In this document: positions 1 to 10,793 of the stretch, piece by piece
Position numbering within the stretch: the stretch's first letter is position 1
Layout: each line of letters starts with the position of its first letter
The notes under the pieces: model-generated
What the model was told of the DNA's origin: nothing
Database searches by the model: none
The model's input: the letters and a program-made list of their open reading frames with translations, nothing else
Translations under genes and position numbers: made by a program
DNA from: Craspedostauros australis
Taxonomy: Eukaryota
NCBI GenBank assembly: GCA_030167865.1
Contig: JALAGF010002695.1
Location: 1-64,000, forward strand
Direction of reading: 5' to 3'
DNA: 64,000 nt

Positions 1-5
1 ACTGA

Positions 6-700
6 AGGTGAACTTCAAATGGTAAGTACTCATGGAGTAGGAACCAGTACTGAACGAACGGAGTGTCGAATGCAGAGTACGCATTGAACACGGAGTATCG
101 TGTAGCACGAACACACGATGTTGAGAGAGAGAGAGAATACAGAGAGGAGCGAGAGAGCATCTCGCGTACCGACTCATAGCCGGAGACTGAATCTACGAAA
201 CAGATTGAAGCACCGAGAGCATCGGGCAAGAGAACGGGCGTACACCGAGAGGATCGGAGTAGCCAACTAATGAAATAGCAAACAGACGACTATCAACCAA
301 CACCATCTTCCACGATCGTAGGTTACCGTGAGCGGAACTTGCCAACATACAGGAGGTGAAGTTCAAATGGTAAGTACTCATGGAGTAGGAACCAGTATTG
401 AACAAACAGAGTATGGAATGCAGAGTACACATTGAACACGGAGTATTGTGTAACATTAACACAGAATATTGAGAGAGAGAGAGAGAGAGAATACAGAGAG
501 GAGCGAGAGAGCATCTGGCGTACCGACTCATAGTCGGAGACCAATCTACAAAACAGACAGATGCACCAAGAGCATCGGGCAAGAAAACAGAGACACTGAG
601 AGGACTGGAGTGCTCAACTAATGAAATAGCAAACGAACGACTATCAACCAACACCGTCTTCCACGATCGCAAGGTATCCGTCCACGGAACTTGCCAACAC
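6..700. repeat. Two diverged tandem copies of a ~350 bp unit (about 6-353 and 354-700), probably continuing upstream of the window; each has an internal (GA)n tract
   Basis: AGGTGAA(C/G)TTCAAATGGTAAGTACTCATGGAGTAGGAACCAGTA starts at 6 and at 354. Both units end with CGGAACTTGCCAACA (about 347 and 699). The copies are colinear with many transition differences. Confidence 0.9.
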
Positions 701-1229
701 CCGCGTACAGCCATTGCCTTCCTTGCAGGGCTGTGTCTAACATGCTGTCTGCAACCATGAGTCTCCGCAAGGTCCTTCTGTCATTGAGGGAGCTGGTGGC
801 ATCTTGTTCGGATCTAACACATGGCTTGTTGGTGTGGGAAGATGCCTCATTTCTCAATGGAGAGATGGATCCGCATTCCTCGTTCTAGACAGATACAACC
901 GTTAATAACAGTTGAAGGTGCGCCATCTTGAAATGGTGCCTTCGCCGCGGAGAGTCGTGTTTGAGTGGGTTTGGATGAATCATCACAACGCTGACACATC
1001 GTCATCCTTCGTCGCTGCGTTTGCCACCGACGTCAACACCAACGCACCAATGCAAACACTACACTGTTGGTCCGTGTGCGATACATGTTCAAAGAATGTG
1101 ATCCACACCGTTCGTATGGAGTACACAACTATGGTCCTCTCCCTCAAACCTACGCAAACCTGCTCTCCGCACAGGTTTTGGACAAAAGCACTCAAACACA
1201 AACATCGGAGACTACCGTGAAGCATTTCA

Positions 1230-2150
1230 ATGCAAACGTTCACAAGAACTTTGCGGCAGGTCAACAGGCTTCAGTCTCGTCACAATTACCACAACAAGTA
1301 CAAGTGCTCGTGTGAGAATCGCCGCCATCGTCACATTCATCATCTGCTCCCAACAACAGCATCGAGATCAACAAACGCAACAGTCTCCAAGACCTCACGA
1401 CAACAGCAACTCCTGGCTCTTCACAAAGGAAACAGGAAGTCTTCATTCCACACCAGCAGACCAACTTGCAGCGACGGCGGAACCAGCATGGGATCGATGT
1501 TTGGCAAAGAAACCGTGGAGGAACCCAAGTTCCAGGTCCTCCTCAGCAACGACCACAACAACGTGGCAAGCCTACCATACGAAATCCGCAAGTACGGAAA
1601 CCGTTTCGCCGTCGAGGTCCCGTACGGAACGAAGGCCGATACAGGTTCCCCTTTCATGCAGCTGGCCAAATACATTGGCGTCTTCGGAGCACCCGAGAAT
1701 GAAGGCACGGAATCTATCGCCATGACCGCACCCGTCGTCATGACGGCGCCGACCAAGATTGCGATGACGGCGCCCGTGGTGACGACCAATGATAGGATGA
1801 TGAAATTCATCCTCCCATCATCCTTCGACTCCATGTCCAAGATTCCCAAGCCGACGAACCCCGATGTCCGCATCTCCGAGATTCCAGAGCAGTACGGTGC
1901 CGTGCATCGTTTCAATGGTGCGATATCGGAATCGACGAACGAGCAGGTGGCGCGGTCGTTGGCGAAGCAGCTCATGTCGGATGGAGTGGACGGTATCACT
2001 GAGGAGCACGTGATGGAACATTTTCAGTTTTGGGGGTACAACCCGCCATTCACTATCCCGTACTTTCGTCGCAACGAGGTGTGGGTGGAGCTGGCGAAAC
2101 CACAGGTGGATCATCTGCTGAACAAGTTCAAGAGCGAAGCCGAGAATTGA
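1230..2150 (+). CDS. SOUL heme-binding family protein (alternative start ATG 1488, MGSMFGK)
   Basis: Motifs ETVEEPKF, YEIRKY, FMQLAKYIG, repeated IAMTAPVV, MKFILP and GYNPPFTIPYFRRNEVW are typical of SOUL/HBP proteins. Confidence 0.9.
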   Translation: MQTFTRTLRQVNRLQSRHNYHNKYKCSCENRRHRHIHHLLPTTASRSTNATVSKTSRQQQLLALHKGNRKSSFHTSRPTCSDGGTSMGSMFGKETVEEPKFQVLLSNDHNNVASLPYEIRKYGNRFAVEVPYGTKADTGSPFMQLAKYIGVFGAPENEGTESIAMTAPVVMTAPTKIAMTAPVVTTNDRMMKFILPSSFDSMSKIPKPTNPDVRISEIPEQYGAVHRFNGAISESTNEQVARSLAKQLMSDGVDGITEEHVMEHFQFWGYNPPFTIPYFRRNEVWVELAKPQVDHLLNKFKSEAEN

Positions 2151-2406
2151 TGGAGTGAACATACATAGTACATCGGTGGTGGCTTCTGTATTGGTACGTG
2201 CATGGTACATGAGCTGCCTTGTGTCTGCACACGTTCATACCCGTAGAGCACAAGAAGGCAGCTGAACGCAATGCTTGGGGAGATGCCAAGTAGGTCACTC
2301 TACGTAGAAGTGCGAGCACAAGTGGGGGCATTCGTCTGATTCAGAAAAATCAATTCAGTGCCACCATACAAAGGCGCTTGAAATACAAATACACCAACGT
2401 CTCTTT

Positions 2407-3710
2407 CTAGGTTTCCATGGCTGCTGGCTCGTCTCCTTCGCCGTCCTCGTCATCACCGTCGGCATCATCCTCGTCCCGTTCCTCCGCTCTTGTGATCTCC
2501 AGTCTGTCGATGAACGGCTGCAGCTCGTCGCCTTCGATGAGCGTGAACTTGTGATCCTTGCCAACGATGGCGACGCTGCCATTCTCCTTGGTCAATTCAT
2601 CATCGCCGCTGACGCAACCCACAAGCGCCTGGAGGGCATGCACGATCAGTTCGTCCTTGGAGCTGCCCGCGAAGCTCTCGTAATGCTTCTCCAAGTAGGT
2701 GCGCGCGGACTGGCTGCGTGCTCCGATGGCGCTGGCGGTAAATTCGTACAGGTTGCCGGATGGGCAGGTTTGGTAGAGGTGTGGCGTCTGGCGCGTGGTG
2801 TCCACGGATGCCACCAGGAGGCCGACGCCGAATGGACGACGCACGTAGGTTTGGGTGGTGCGCTGGTGTTTGTCGGCGAGGTCGCTCATCAAGGTGGCTG
2901 GTTTGATCGGTGCGCCGTAGACGTACTTCGCGTTGAGGCATTCGTTGCGCATGAACTTGGCTAACGATCTGGCGTCCGCCGTGAGGCCTGCGATTCCCAC
3001 ACCGATGTGATCATCAATCTCCAGGATCTTCTTCTGGTGGCTGGAAAGCTCGGAGACGGAACGCTTGAGCGCGCCCAGCACGCAGTAGGTGTCGGAGCGC
3101 AATCCCACGCAGGCGGATCCTTGCTTGACGGATTCCATGGCGTATTCCACCTTTGTTCATGGCGACCGATGAATCAGTAAGCAATTGAGTGAACGAGTGA
3201 GCAAGAAGGTGGGCCAGTGGGGATGGTGCATGAGAAGTTAGCGTGTGAGGCCGGTGTTGTCGTCGTGTTGTGTCGTCGATCGATCGAAGAATCCAAAATG
3301 CAGATTGGACGATCCGAGACACCAACGGACGTGTGAGCGTCGCCAGAGCGTTGTGTTTCACAGGGCAGCATGTGCACGAGAGGAAACAGATGGGTGAGAT
3401 GCTGGGTCGTCCCGTGTGCGTGCCTCTGTGGGAGAGAGGGAGGGAGACAGAGGGATGTGCGGTCATCTTGGTGCGGACAATACTGGGCGTGCAACCCAAT
3501 CCAGCAAAGACACCAACGACCAACAACAAACGGGGCTGCATGCAAGAGCTCGACAAAGGCACTTCCGGCGCATGATGAACCCAGTTTCCTCATGCCACAG
3601 CTGTGGCCGTTGCCACATCCACCATCACTCTGCCAGTCGGTGCTCACCTGCAGCAGACGTCCCTCAGGACTCCACACGGTCACATCTGTGTCGTACTGGT
3701 TGCGGAACAT
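2407..3710 (-). CDS. PSMA1: 20S proteasome subunit alpha type-1 (alpha-6); exons 3710-3648 and 3150-2407
   Basis: Exon 1 encodes MFRNQYDTDVTVWSPEGRLLQ. A GTGAGC...AAG intron (3647-3151) follows. Exon 2 encodes VEYAMESVKQGS...GLTADAR...RPFGVGLL...AIGARSQSARTYLE and an acidic tail. Confidence 0.97.
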
Positions 3711-4109
3711 GTTGATGAATTGTCAGCCGTTGCGGTTGTTCGAGCAGCGGGGATGTGTCTGGATTCGATGGACGAGAGGGTGATGGTGGCAGTGTTGCTC
3801 TGCTGTTTTCGTTTCTCAGCGTTGCTATGATGTTTGGAGGCAAGCGAGAGGGAGATCAACTCGACGCAAAGAGAACGATCACAACGCTGGCAGAGGTAGA
3901 GGGAAGATGTTGGTGCCTCTCACCGCTGCCTTGTTGTTTGGTTTCGCTTCGTTTGTTTCCTCGTTGTTGTGGATGGATCCTCATGGTCGTTGTTCGGATC
4001 AGATCCATCGCGTTCTGCGGATTTTGCGCTGAACCGTTCAAATGAGTCGACAATATGCATCGGGATTCAATGGTCACAAGATTCGACTGAACAGACCACA
4101 CAGCAAGAT

Positions 4110-4170
4110 TCCGTTACTTTCCCACGAATTGCGCGCGTGACGGTCGTGTCCGTTACTTTTTTCGCCCACA
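4110..4170. promoter_or_regulatory. Duplicated TCCGTTACTTT element in the divergent promoter (MYB-core-like TAACGG on the minus strand)
   Basis: Identical 11-mers at 4110-4120 and 4149-4159, between the PSMA1 start (3710, minus) and ORF 4490 (plus). Function is inferred only. Confidence 0.3.
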
Positions 4171-4489
4171 TCTTTGCGTCTTTCTTTCTTGGTCACTCTG
4201 TTTGTGACGAACACACGTGGTTGTGATGCGCTGTGTTGCGTATTTGCTTCGTTCCCATGAACAACACAATCAACAATACATCCATCGACGGTAAACAGCG
4301 ATCGATGCCTGTTCCATTTCTGACGGCGTCAACATTGTGTACAGGCAGCAACAACAACACCATCGTGATCTCCCAAGCTGAAAAGCAGCAGCACGAGCAG
4401 ATTGATTCATCGATCGCAACGACATCGACGAAAGGCAAAGCAAGAAGAAGAACGGAAGCAAGCGGATCGCGACGAGCAAGAAGACAACG

Positions 4490-5617
4490 ATGGCGACGAA
4501 CGCAGAGCAGGAGAACCGCAATCCACATCCCCAGCATGATGTGCTCAAGAGCCGCAAGGATCAGCCATCGCTGTTGGGGAATGCGTCTGGAGAGCTTGCG
4601 GATGCAGTGCGCAGAGGCAACGAGCTGCAAGACCGCAGTTCGTACGCTCACATCGACACACACGTTGACACACACGTTGACACACACGTTGACACACACG
4701 TTGACACACACGTTGACACACACGTTGACACACACGTTCACGAGGAACAGAAAGAAGACGAACGCGATGGCAACAAGATACCCAACAACTGGGTGGCCCA
4801 ATCCGATCTGCACGCTGCTGTTGATTGCATCGAATCGTACTATGGCGAAGGCAATCAATCCATGGACGACCGTTCACGCAGTCGATCTGCCGTTCTCGCG
4901 AATCCATTCCTGCAAGCATCCAAGACATCCTTGATTCACAACCTCAAAAAGGTCGTCAAACCCATCCCGGACGCCGAGTTCTTCGCGCACGTGGAACGTT
5001 ACCATCCGCAGGAAATCGAGGTGGACGAATACGACAGCGACGCCGATGATGATGACTACGACAGCGTCGATGATGTTGACGAGTCCGACGAGGCCTACTT
5101 CGAGGATCACACGGAGTACGAGGATGAGGAAGACCTGCTGGATCCGCACGCCCTGCAACAGGCACAGACGTTGCGTGAGCAGGTGCGACAGCTGGCATCG
5201 CGCGTGCAATCCTTGCGAGACAGGGTCTTTCAGAAGGCGCTGATCATGGAACAACACCACCAATCACGCAACGCCTTGGCACCGGATGTGCGCCCGCAGC
5301 TTGTCACCCTGCCATCGCAACAAGAGCAGAGCCTGGCGTGGCAGGCATCGTGGGTGCAGCTCGTGCAGGCGTTGCGAGACTCGCAGTGGAAGGGCCTTCC
5401 CAACACTATCCAGGTCTTCGAAGAGACGCTGGGTGTCATTCGCAAGGACTTGGCCAAGGATCAGCCATCGTCCCAGATGGAACGAGCGATCTTGTCTCGA
5501 GAACAGGCAACGGATGGAGGCGAAGCAACGAGTACGAAGGCAGCGGAGGGATCGTTGCTCGCCGTGCGTGCATCGCCGCAGGCGCGATTGGCTTTCTTTT
5601 TGGGACAGTGTCAGTGA
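4490..5617 (+). CDS. Hypothetical coiled-coil protein with (HVDT)n repeat and acidic tract; possibly kinetochore Nsl1/Mis14-like
   Basis: Uninterrupted 375-aa ORF. An acidic stretch is followed by LLDPHALQQAQTLREQVRQLASRVQSLRDRV, a coiled coil reminiscent of the Mis14/Nsl1 layout. The family call is tentative. Confidence 0.7.
   Translation: MATNAEQENRNPHPQHDVLKSRKDQPSLLGNASGELADAVRRGNELQDRSSYAHIDTHVDTHVDTHVDTHVDTHVDTHVDTHVHEEQKEDERDGNKIPNNWVAQSDLHAAVDCIESYYGEGNQSMDDRSRSRSAVLANPFLQASKTSLIHNLKKVVKPIPDAEFFAHVERYHPQEIEVDEYDSDADDDDYDSVDDVDESDEAYFEDHTEYEDEEDLLDPHALQQAQTLREQVRQLASRVQSLRDRVFQKALIMEQHHQSRNALAPDVRPQLVTLPSQQEQSLAWQASWVQLVQALRDSQWKGLPNTIQVFEETLGVIRKDLAKDQPSSQMERAILSREQATDGGEATSTKAAEGSLLAVRASPQARLAFFLGQCQ
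4649..4738 (+). repeat. 12-bp coding minisatellite CACGTTGACACA x6, plus one variant and one half unit
   Basis: Directly visible: perfect units at 4661-4732, variant CACATCGACACA at 4649-4660, half unit at 4733-4738. Confidence 0.97.
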
Positions 5618-5947
5618 GCAGAACGCACTGGGGGACGACGCAGATACATGGATTGACTGAGGTCATACTGTTTATACTTGATAACTTGCATGGTAAATGA
5701 ATGAATCGAACGAATGAATCGAATGAATGAGCACAATACTACTTTCTCTATTTGTGAAATGGGCAGAAGCACATCCGCGCGGAAGATGGTTTTGGTTCCA
5801 CGTGGAATGCATGATTTTCAATCACCCCCAACAAACGAACAACCACCGTCAACAACGGCAGGAAACCACGACACCAGTTTGCTTCGCATCGAGGGTAACA
5901 ATGGTGATAGACCATCCACTCTCGCCATGCGTAGTCACAATCATTGC

Positions 5948-7346
5948 ATGCAACCGAGATTCATTGGCAGAAGCCCTTCTTTCTCCACGTACTTGTGCAC
6001 CTTGGCCTATCTCATCATCAGCATCGGCATCGGCAGCTCCGACACAGCCTCGGCATTCACGGCCCAGCCGACATCATCATCATCATCAGCAGCAGCAGCA
6101 CCAGCAGCAACCACGAACGAAAGAACATTCCGACATCACAGCCACCCCATCATGACAACAACGCCCATTCCCACAGAAGTGGAGATCTCCTGCACCGATG
6201 GAATGACGCTGGCAGGCAAGCGATGGACGACGCCAGCATCGACGACGGCGGGCGATCATGTCACGCGCGTCTTGGGATTGCACGGGTGGCTCGATAATTG
6301 CCATTCGTACAATTTACTGGCGCCGTTCCTGACATCGAAGGGGACATCGTCTGGTCTGAACCTGGATTTCGTGGCGGTCGATCTCCCAGGGCATGGGCGT
6401 TCTTCGCACAAGAGTCTGGATGGTACGTTCCGAATAATGCAACTGCGCACACCATGCGGATGGCAAGGTGTATGGCAAGTTGTGATGTGACAGTATGCGT
6501 CGGCTGGCCAACCAACCTATTCCACCACGCATCAACCTTCGATTCTCTTTTGCTCGCCTCTCCATGAACTCTGACACCATGGCATCATCCTCGTACTTTA
6601 CCAATTGGGTCACAGGTCCGCCCATGGTCATAACAGACAACTCGTACTACGTCGCCGAAGCCATCCATCAGCTGGGTTGGGACAAGGAGGACAAATCCGT
6701 CGTGCTCATCGGGCACTCGATGGGTGCAGCCGTCTCGTTGATGTACTCCGCGGCCTTTCCTGAACAGATCTCCAAGCTCATCCTGTTGGAAGCGGCTGGA
6801 CCACAAACGAAGAAACCTTCCGACACGGCCAAGCATTTGCGTGCGCATCTGGATCGCCGCTTCCGCAATACGCGCAAACCCGAGGAAGCATCCATCTACC
6901 CGAACATTGAAGTTGCGGCGCGTTTGCGCGTGATGACAGCAAAGGCATTCCCAGGGGATCAATACATATCGGCGGAGGCGGCACGGATGTTGGTGGAGCG
7001 GGCATCCGAACCTACGGGCGATGGGGAGGATGCTCCGATCCGATTTTTGTTTGATCAGCGATTGAAATGGCCATCAATACAGTACTTCGCGGAGGAGCAA
7101 GTGCACAGCTTTTATCGTGTTGTTGCCGAGCAGGTGGATTCGTGCCTGCTGTTGGGTGACGACGGTTGGCCGGCAAGCCCAGCAGAAACGCAGTTTGTCA
7201 AGGGTGCGCTGCAACCAAACAAGTTTGAAGTCTTGCCGGGGAGTCATCACTTTCACATGGATCCAGACACGTACGAAGCCGTTGCGAATAGTGTCTATGA
7301 TTTCCTCATCACGCCTGTTACTGCGACTTCAGCCAGAGAAGAGTGA
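5948..7346 (+). CDS. Alpha/beta-fold serine hydrolase (SERHL-like), probably plastid-targeted; intron 6423-6615; start codon uncertain (5927, 5948 or 6152)
   Basis: LHGWLDN oxyanion motif, DLPGHGRS, GHSMG nucleophile elbow and GSHHFH catalytic His. A GTACGT...CAG intron joins SLDG to PPMV. The hydrophobic N-terminus ends in TASA-FTA. Confidence 0.9.
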
Positions 7347-7583
7347 AGCTAGTATACTCTCTGATCTTGCAGCTACCACACTGGGGCAGCAAGAGTAATC
7401 GAGAAGCAGACAGATAGAAGGAGAGAGAGGGCCAGGCACGCGCGGGGACTCCATCAATGCAACCATGCAGCAGTTTGACCATGCAATATCGATACCGTTC
7501 CAAGATGGCGAGGTACCGAAAGTGAGGCCAATTCTCTTGGCACAAGTTTGAGTAGGTCCAAAGTAAGGCTCAATCGAGTGTTA

Positions 7584-8518
7584 TCATTCTTCTTCTCCTT
7601 CTTCAACCTCTGGTTCAGGTTCTTCTGGTGGAAAGTCACCGCTTTGAATCCGATCCATCGTTCCCGGCATACCAAACAGTATCGTTCGAGCACTATCGCG
7701 GGCCTGGATCATTTCAATGTTCTTTGGCGCACCTTTTTCCTCGGCCAATTCACGCAATTTTGTGAATGCGTTCTCCAGATTATTATCTGTTGTCGTATTC
7801 GAATGGTATGTGAACAAATGGACAGGTATAGTAATTGAGGGATAGAGCATTATACGACGCAGTGTAACAGAATACAAGGGCAGTATCGACGTGGTGATGC
7901 AGTAATGTTCGTGCACGGTATTGTCAGCGTGGCATGCATCTCCATGAGCTCGATGAATGGCGCAGGCTGATACAATGCCGCAAATGCGATCAGATCCAAA
8001 AGCATGCAGAACACTCTGGAATGGAGTACTCCAGCAGCTCATATGCATTCCCGCAATCATAGGCAATTCGATTCCATGCCCATTCACTGCGCTGTAATGG
8101 ATCCGCGTTGACCTCGACTTTGCTTGGCCCGAATCGAACCGAATGCAACGACCTTGCTAATTCTGCACATACCGAATGGTTTGGGATTGACCTTGACTTT
8201 GACGATGGTGTGATCTTCCAAGAGTTGGCGCAGGCTGTTGCCGTGTGCAGCCGTGGCACCTTTGGCGCCGATGCTCAGCAATGGCTTCTTGGCATATCTC
8301 CATGCCTTCTCACTGCCATCAAAGCTCACGGCCGCATCCTCGTCTGTCGAGGACATACAGCGTTGCGATGCAACTATTCTTGCAGTGCTCTTGCGTGATA
8401 GGAGTGCATCGTCACTGTTTGAGACGCTGCGTGTGGGCGGCGATGGGATCGTGAAGCTCCATGACAGCGAGAGATTCTGGAGGAGGAGGATGGCAACGAA
8501 AGAAACCGGCGTCTTCAT
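7584..8518 (-). CDS. CRM (CRS1/YhbY) domain RNA-binding protein, plastid-targeted; exons 8518-8173 and 7786-7584
   Basis: Signal peptide MKTPVSFVAILLLQNLSLSWS-FT. KPLLSIGAKGAT...LLEDHTIVKVKV matches the YhbY/CRM pattern. A GTATGT...CAG intron (8172-7787) restores the frame. Confidence 0.8.
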
Positions 8519-9182
8519 GATGTCTCGTTCTGCTGATCTCTTGCTGATGTCTTCCTGTTCTGATTGCTTCCCAGAGAGTGCTGTATCCCGTTCGTTGATT
8601 CGTGCGCTCGTCTCTTTGGTGTGATGTGATGCCGATCGGGTGAAGGGAGAATTGTGCTGATGTCTCTCGAACAAGGTGATGGTGAAGTTTGTTGATGGAT
8701 TTTCTGATGTTGATGCCAACAACGATGTGTGTTCTCATGTCAACATTCACGGTTTGTGCTTTGATTGGTGTTGGCATCATGTCGTGTTGTTGTGAACGGA
8801 CAGACAGACACACAACAGCTGTTCATACCACGACTCGTGGACTGCACTTGTACCCTGCAGTCTCTGCCAAGCGGAAGAGCGTGGCCTTGACAATCATTCG
8901 CCTTGTCATGCTCCGCTGGATCTATCATGATGATAACAACCTTCGCCAACAACTACGACTATAACCCTGAGAAGGCAAGCTAATACGATATGGTGTTGTA
9001 TTTACAATTACTATGTCGTCACGTTACTCGTTACTGGTGCTCGCAAGTTGCCTGGTCTATTATTCGAACATTCAAAATCGACTGGCAACCGGGGTTCTGT
9101 TCCCGGCTGCTGTTCCACCATACCTGATCTATGTGGGCAGGGTGGTTATGCCGTGCTCATGCCATGCCGCTCCCCGAAGCAT

Positions 9183-10793
9183 TCATACGGCACCTGTTGC
9201 CGCGAAGCTCTGGAAGATCTCGGAGGCCACGAATCCAACGCCCACGGCGGTGGAAGCGAACAGAGGGGCCTTGTTGCCAGGCACCAGGTTGGGCAAGGAC
9301 GGAAACTTCTCGCGCTGGGTCCAAGCCATCGCGACTGGTAGGCCGAAGTACAGCAGCGGTGATCCGTATGCACCGGCGAACTTCAGCAGATCCGTGAGGT
9401 CGTCCTGAAAGAGCTGTCCGAAGCCAACGGCCATGAGGGCCGGTGTGACTACGGCAGGCAGGGAGAAGACGTCGTTGGAGCGATCGGTGTCCGACGATTG
9501 CGGCTCAGACGCTGGCTCAACGCTCTCGTTCTTGTCGGCCTTGAAGTAGGTGTCGAACTCCTCCGCCATCGACGTGCAGCTGCCCAGGTGAGAACCTGCG
9601 ATAGTGACGAGGGAGAAGATGGTGAACAAGGTACCATCCATGCCAACCGAAAGGTCGACGCCACCGCCCAGCACGGCAACGCACCATGCCATGTACATGG
9701 CCAGCGGCACGAAGGATCCGAGACAGAGAGTGGCGATGATCTTGGTGCGGTCGTAGTCCAGTATTCTGGAGACGGTTGGGATGATGTTCTGGAAGATGAA
9801 GCTCATGAGGATGATGGGCGCGGCGTGCATGGCGCTGCCAATGACGTCAGCCGATTGCGGCGGCATGCTCATGACGGAGAGCGGATCCTGGACGGCTGCC
9901 AAGCCCGGAAGCAGGAGCGCCGCCAGTGATCCGAACAGCCCCATGACGAACATGCTGGCGATCTTGGAGAGGTTGGGGGCGGATTGCGTGCCGACCACGG
10001 CAGCGAAGAGGGCTACCCAAGCGATGGAGGCTGCGGTGGGGTCGATGCCGAAGATTCCAGCACAGATCTCGCTGGCCTTCATGGTTCCGAATGCCAGGAC
10101 GAGGGCGTTCTTAACGATGGAGATGAAGGCGATGGCGTCGGTGGCGTACGGGATGTCGACGTTGGCCTCGGACAGCGCCTTGAAGGAGCTGGGGGCATCA
10201 TCGCCGGATGATTCGCGCTGCTTGATGGAAACTTCAGCGATGAGCAATCCTGAGAGCAGGTTGATTGTGTACAGTCCCAGAAAAAGGCCGGTGGAGATGC
10301 CCATGCCCGGTCCTGCGCAAAGCTCAGGCAGGACGAGCATTCCAGCGCCGACGGTGTTGCTGGTGACCAGCATGCTTGTGTACAGAATGGGCATGACGAA
10401 GTCCTTCAGGACGGTGCCGATGCTCTGGCCGGGGTTGCCTCCCGTCAGCGTGCTTGCGACGGCTGCTGCTGCTGCTGACGTTGCAGATTGCTGCGGAGAT
10501 GGAAGCTCGCTCATGCCGTAGTCCAGGGAGGAGTAGGCAGAGACCTGGCTGCCTGCTGGCCTCTTTCCAATGTCGTCATTCGATGAGGTTGGCTGCAGCT
10601 GCAAAGGACCCACGCCCGGTCGTGATCGAATGAAGGACGCGGAGGAGGGACGTGAGATGGTCTGTCTCGTGTTGCTTCTTGTTGTGGATGCCGACGGGCT
10701 GGCGGAAAAGCCGCTGGTAACTCCTGGAGCATCGAGCACCAGCATCAAGGCCAGCAGCCTTGCTGCGGAGGTAGTTGCTGTTCGTCTCTTCAT
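9183..10793 (-). CDS. Tryptophan/tyrosine permease (TyrP/HAAAP)-family amino acid transporter with N-terminal targeting sequence
   Basis: LVTSNTVGAGMLVLP, SGLLIAEV, FQNIIPTV, GSFVPLAMY and GAYGSPLLY motifs; many hydrophobic helices; signal peptide plus Ser/Arg-rich transit-like region. Confidence 0.88.
   Translation of the reverse strand: MKRRTATTSAARLLALMLVLDAPGVTSGFSASPSASTTRSNTRQTISRPSSASFIRSRPGVGPLQLQPTSSNDDIGKRPAGSQVSAYSSLDYGMSELPSPQQSATSAAAAAVASTLTGGNPGQSIGTVLKDFVMPILYTSMLVTSNTVGAGMLVLPELCAGPGMGISTGLFLGLYTINLLSGLLIAEVSIKQRESSGDDAPSSFKALSEANVDIPYATDAIAFISIVKNALVLAFGTMKASEICAGIFGIDPTAASIAWVALFAAVVGTQSAPNLSKIASMFVMGLFGSLAALLLPGLAAVQDPLSVMSMPPQSADVIGSAMHAAPIILMSFIFQNIIPTVSRILDYDRTKIIATLCLGSFVPLAMYMAWCVAVLGGGVDLSVGMDGTLFTIFSLVTIAGSHLGSCTSMAEEFDTYFKADKNESVEPASEPQSSDTDRSNDVFSLPAVVTPALMAVGFGQLFQDDLTDLLKFAGAYGSPLLYFGLPVAMAWTQREKFPSLPNLVPGNKAPLFASTAVGVGFVASEIFQSFAATGAV

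Noticed and set aside
6..700. Possible CRISPR-like or coding repeat
   Set aside because: Units are ~350 bp and colinear with no unique spacers; the context is eukaryotic, with no cas genes and no credible ORF.
4193..4934. Overlapping ORFs with (VNVC)n, (THTL)n and (CQRV)n repeats
   Set aside because: Alternative readings of the same 12-bp minisatellite; the 4490 frame is longest and protein-like.
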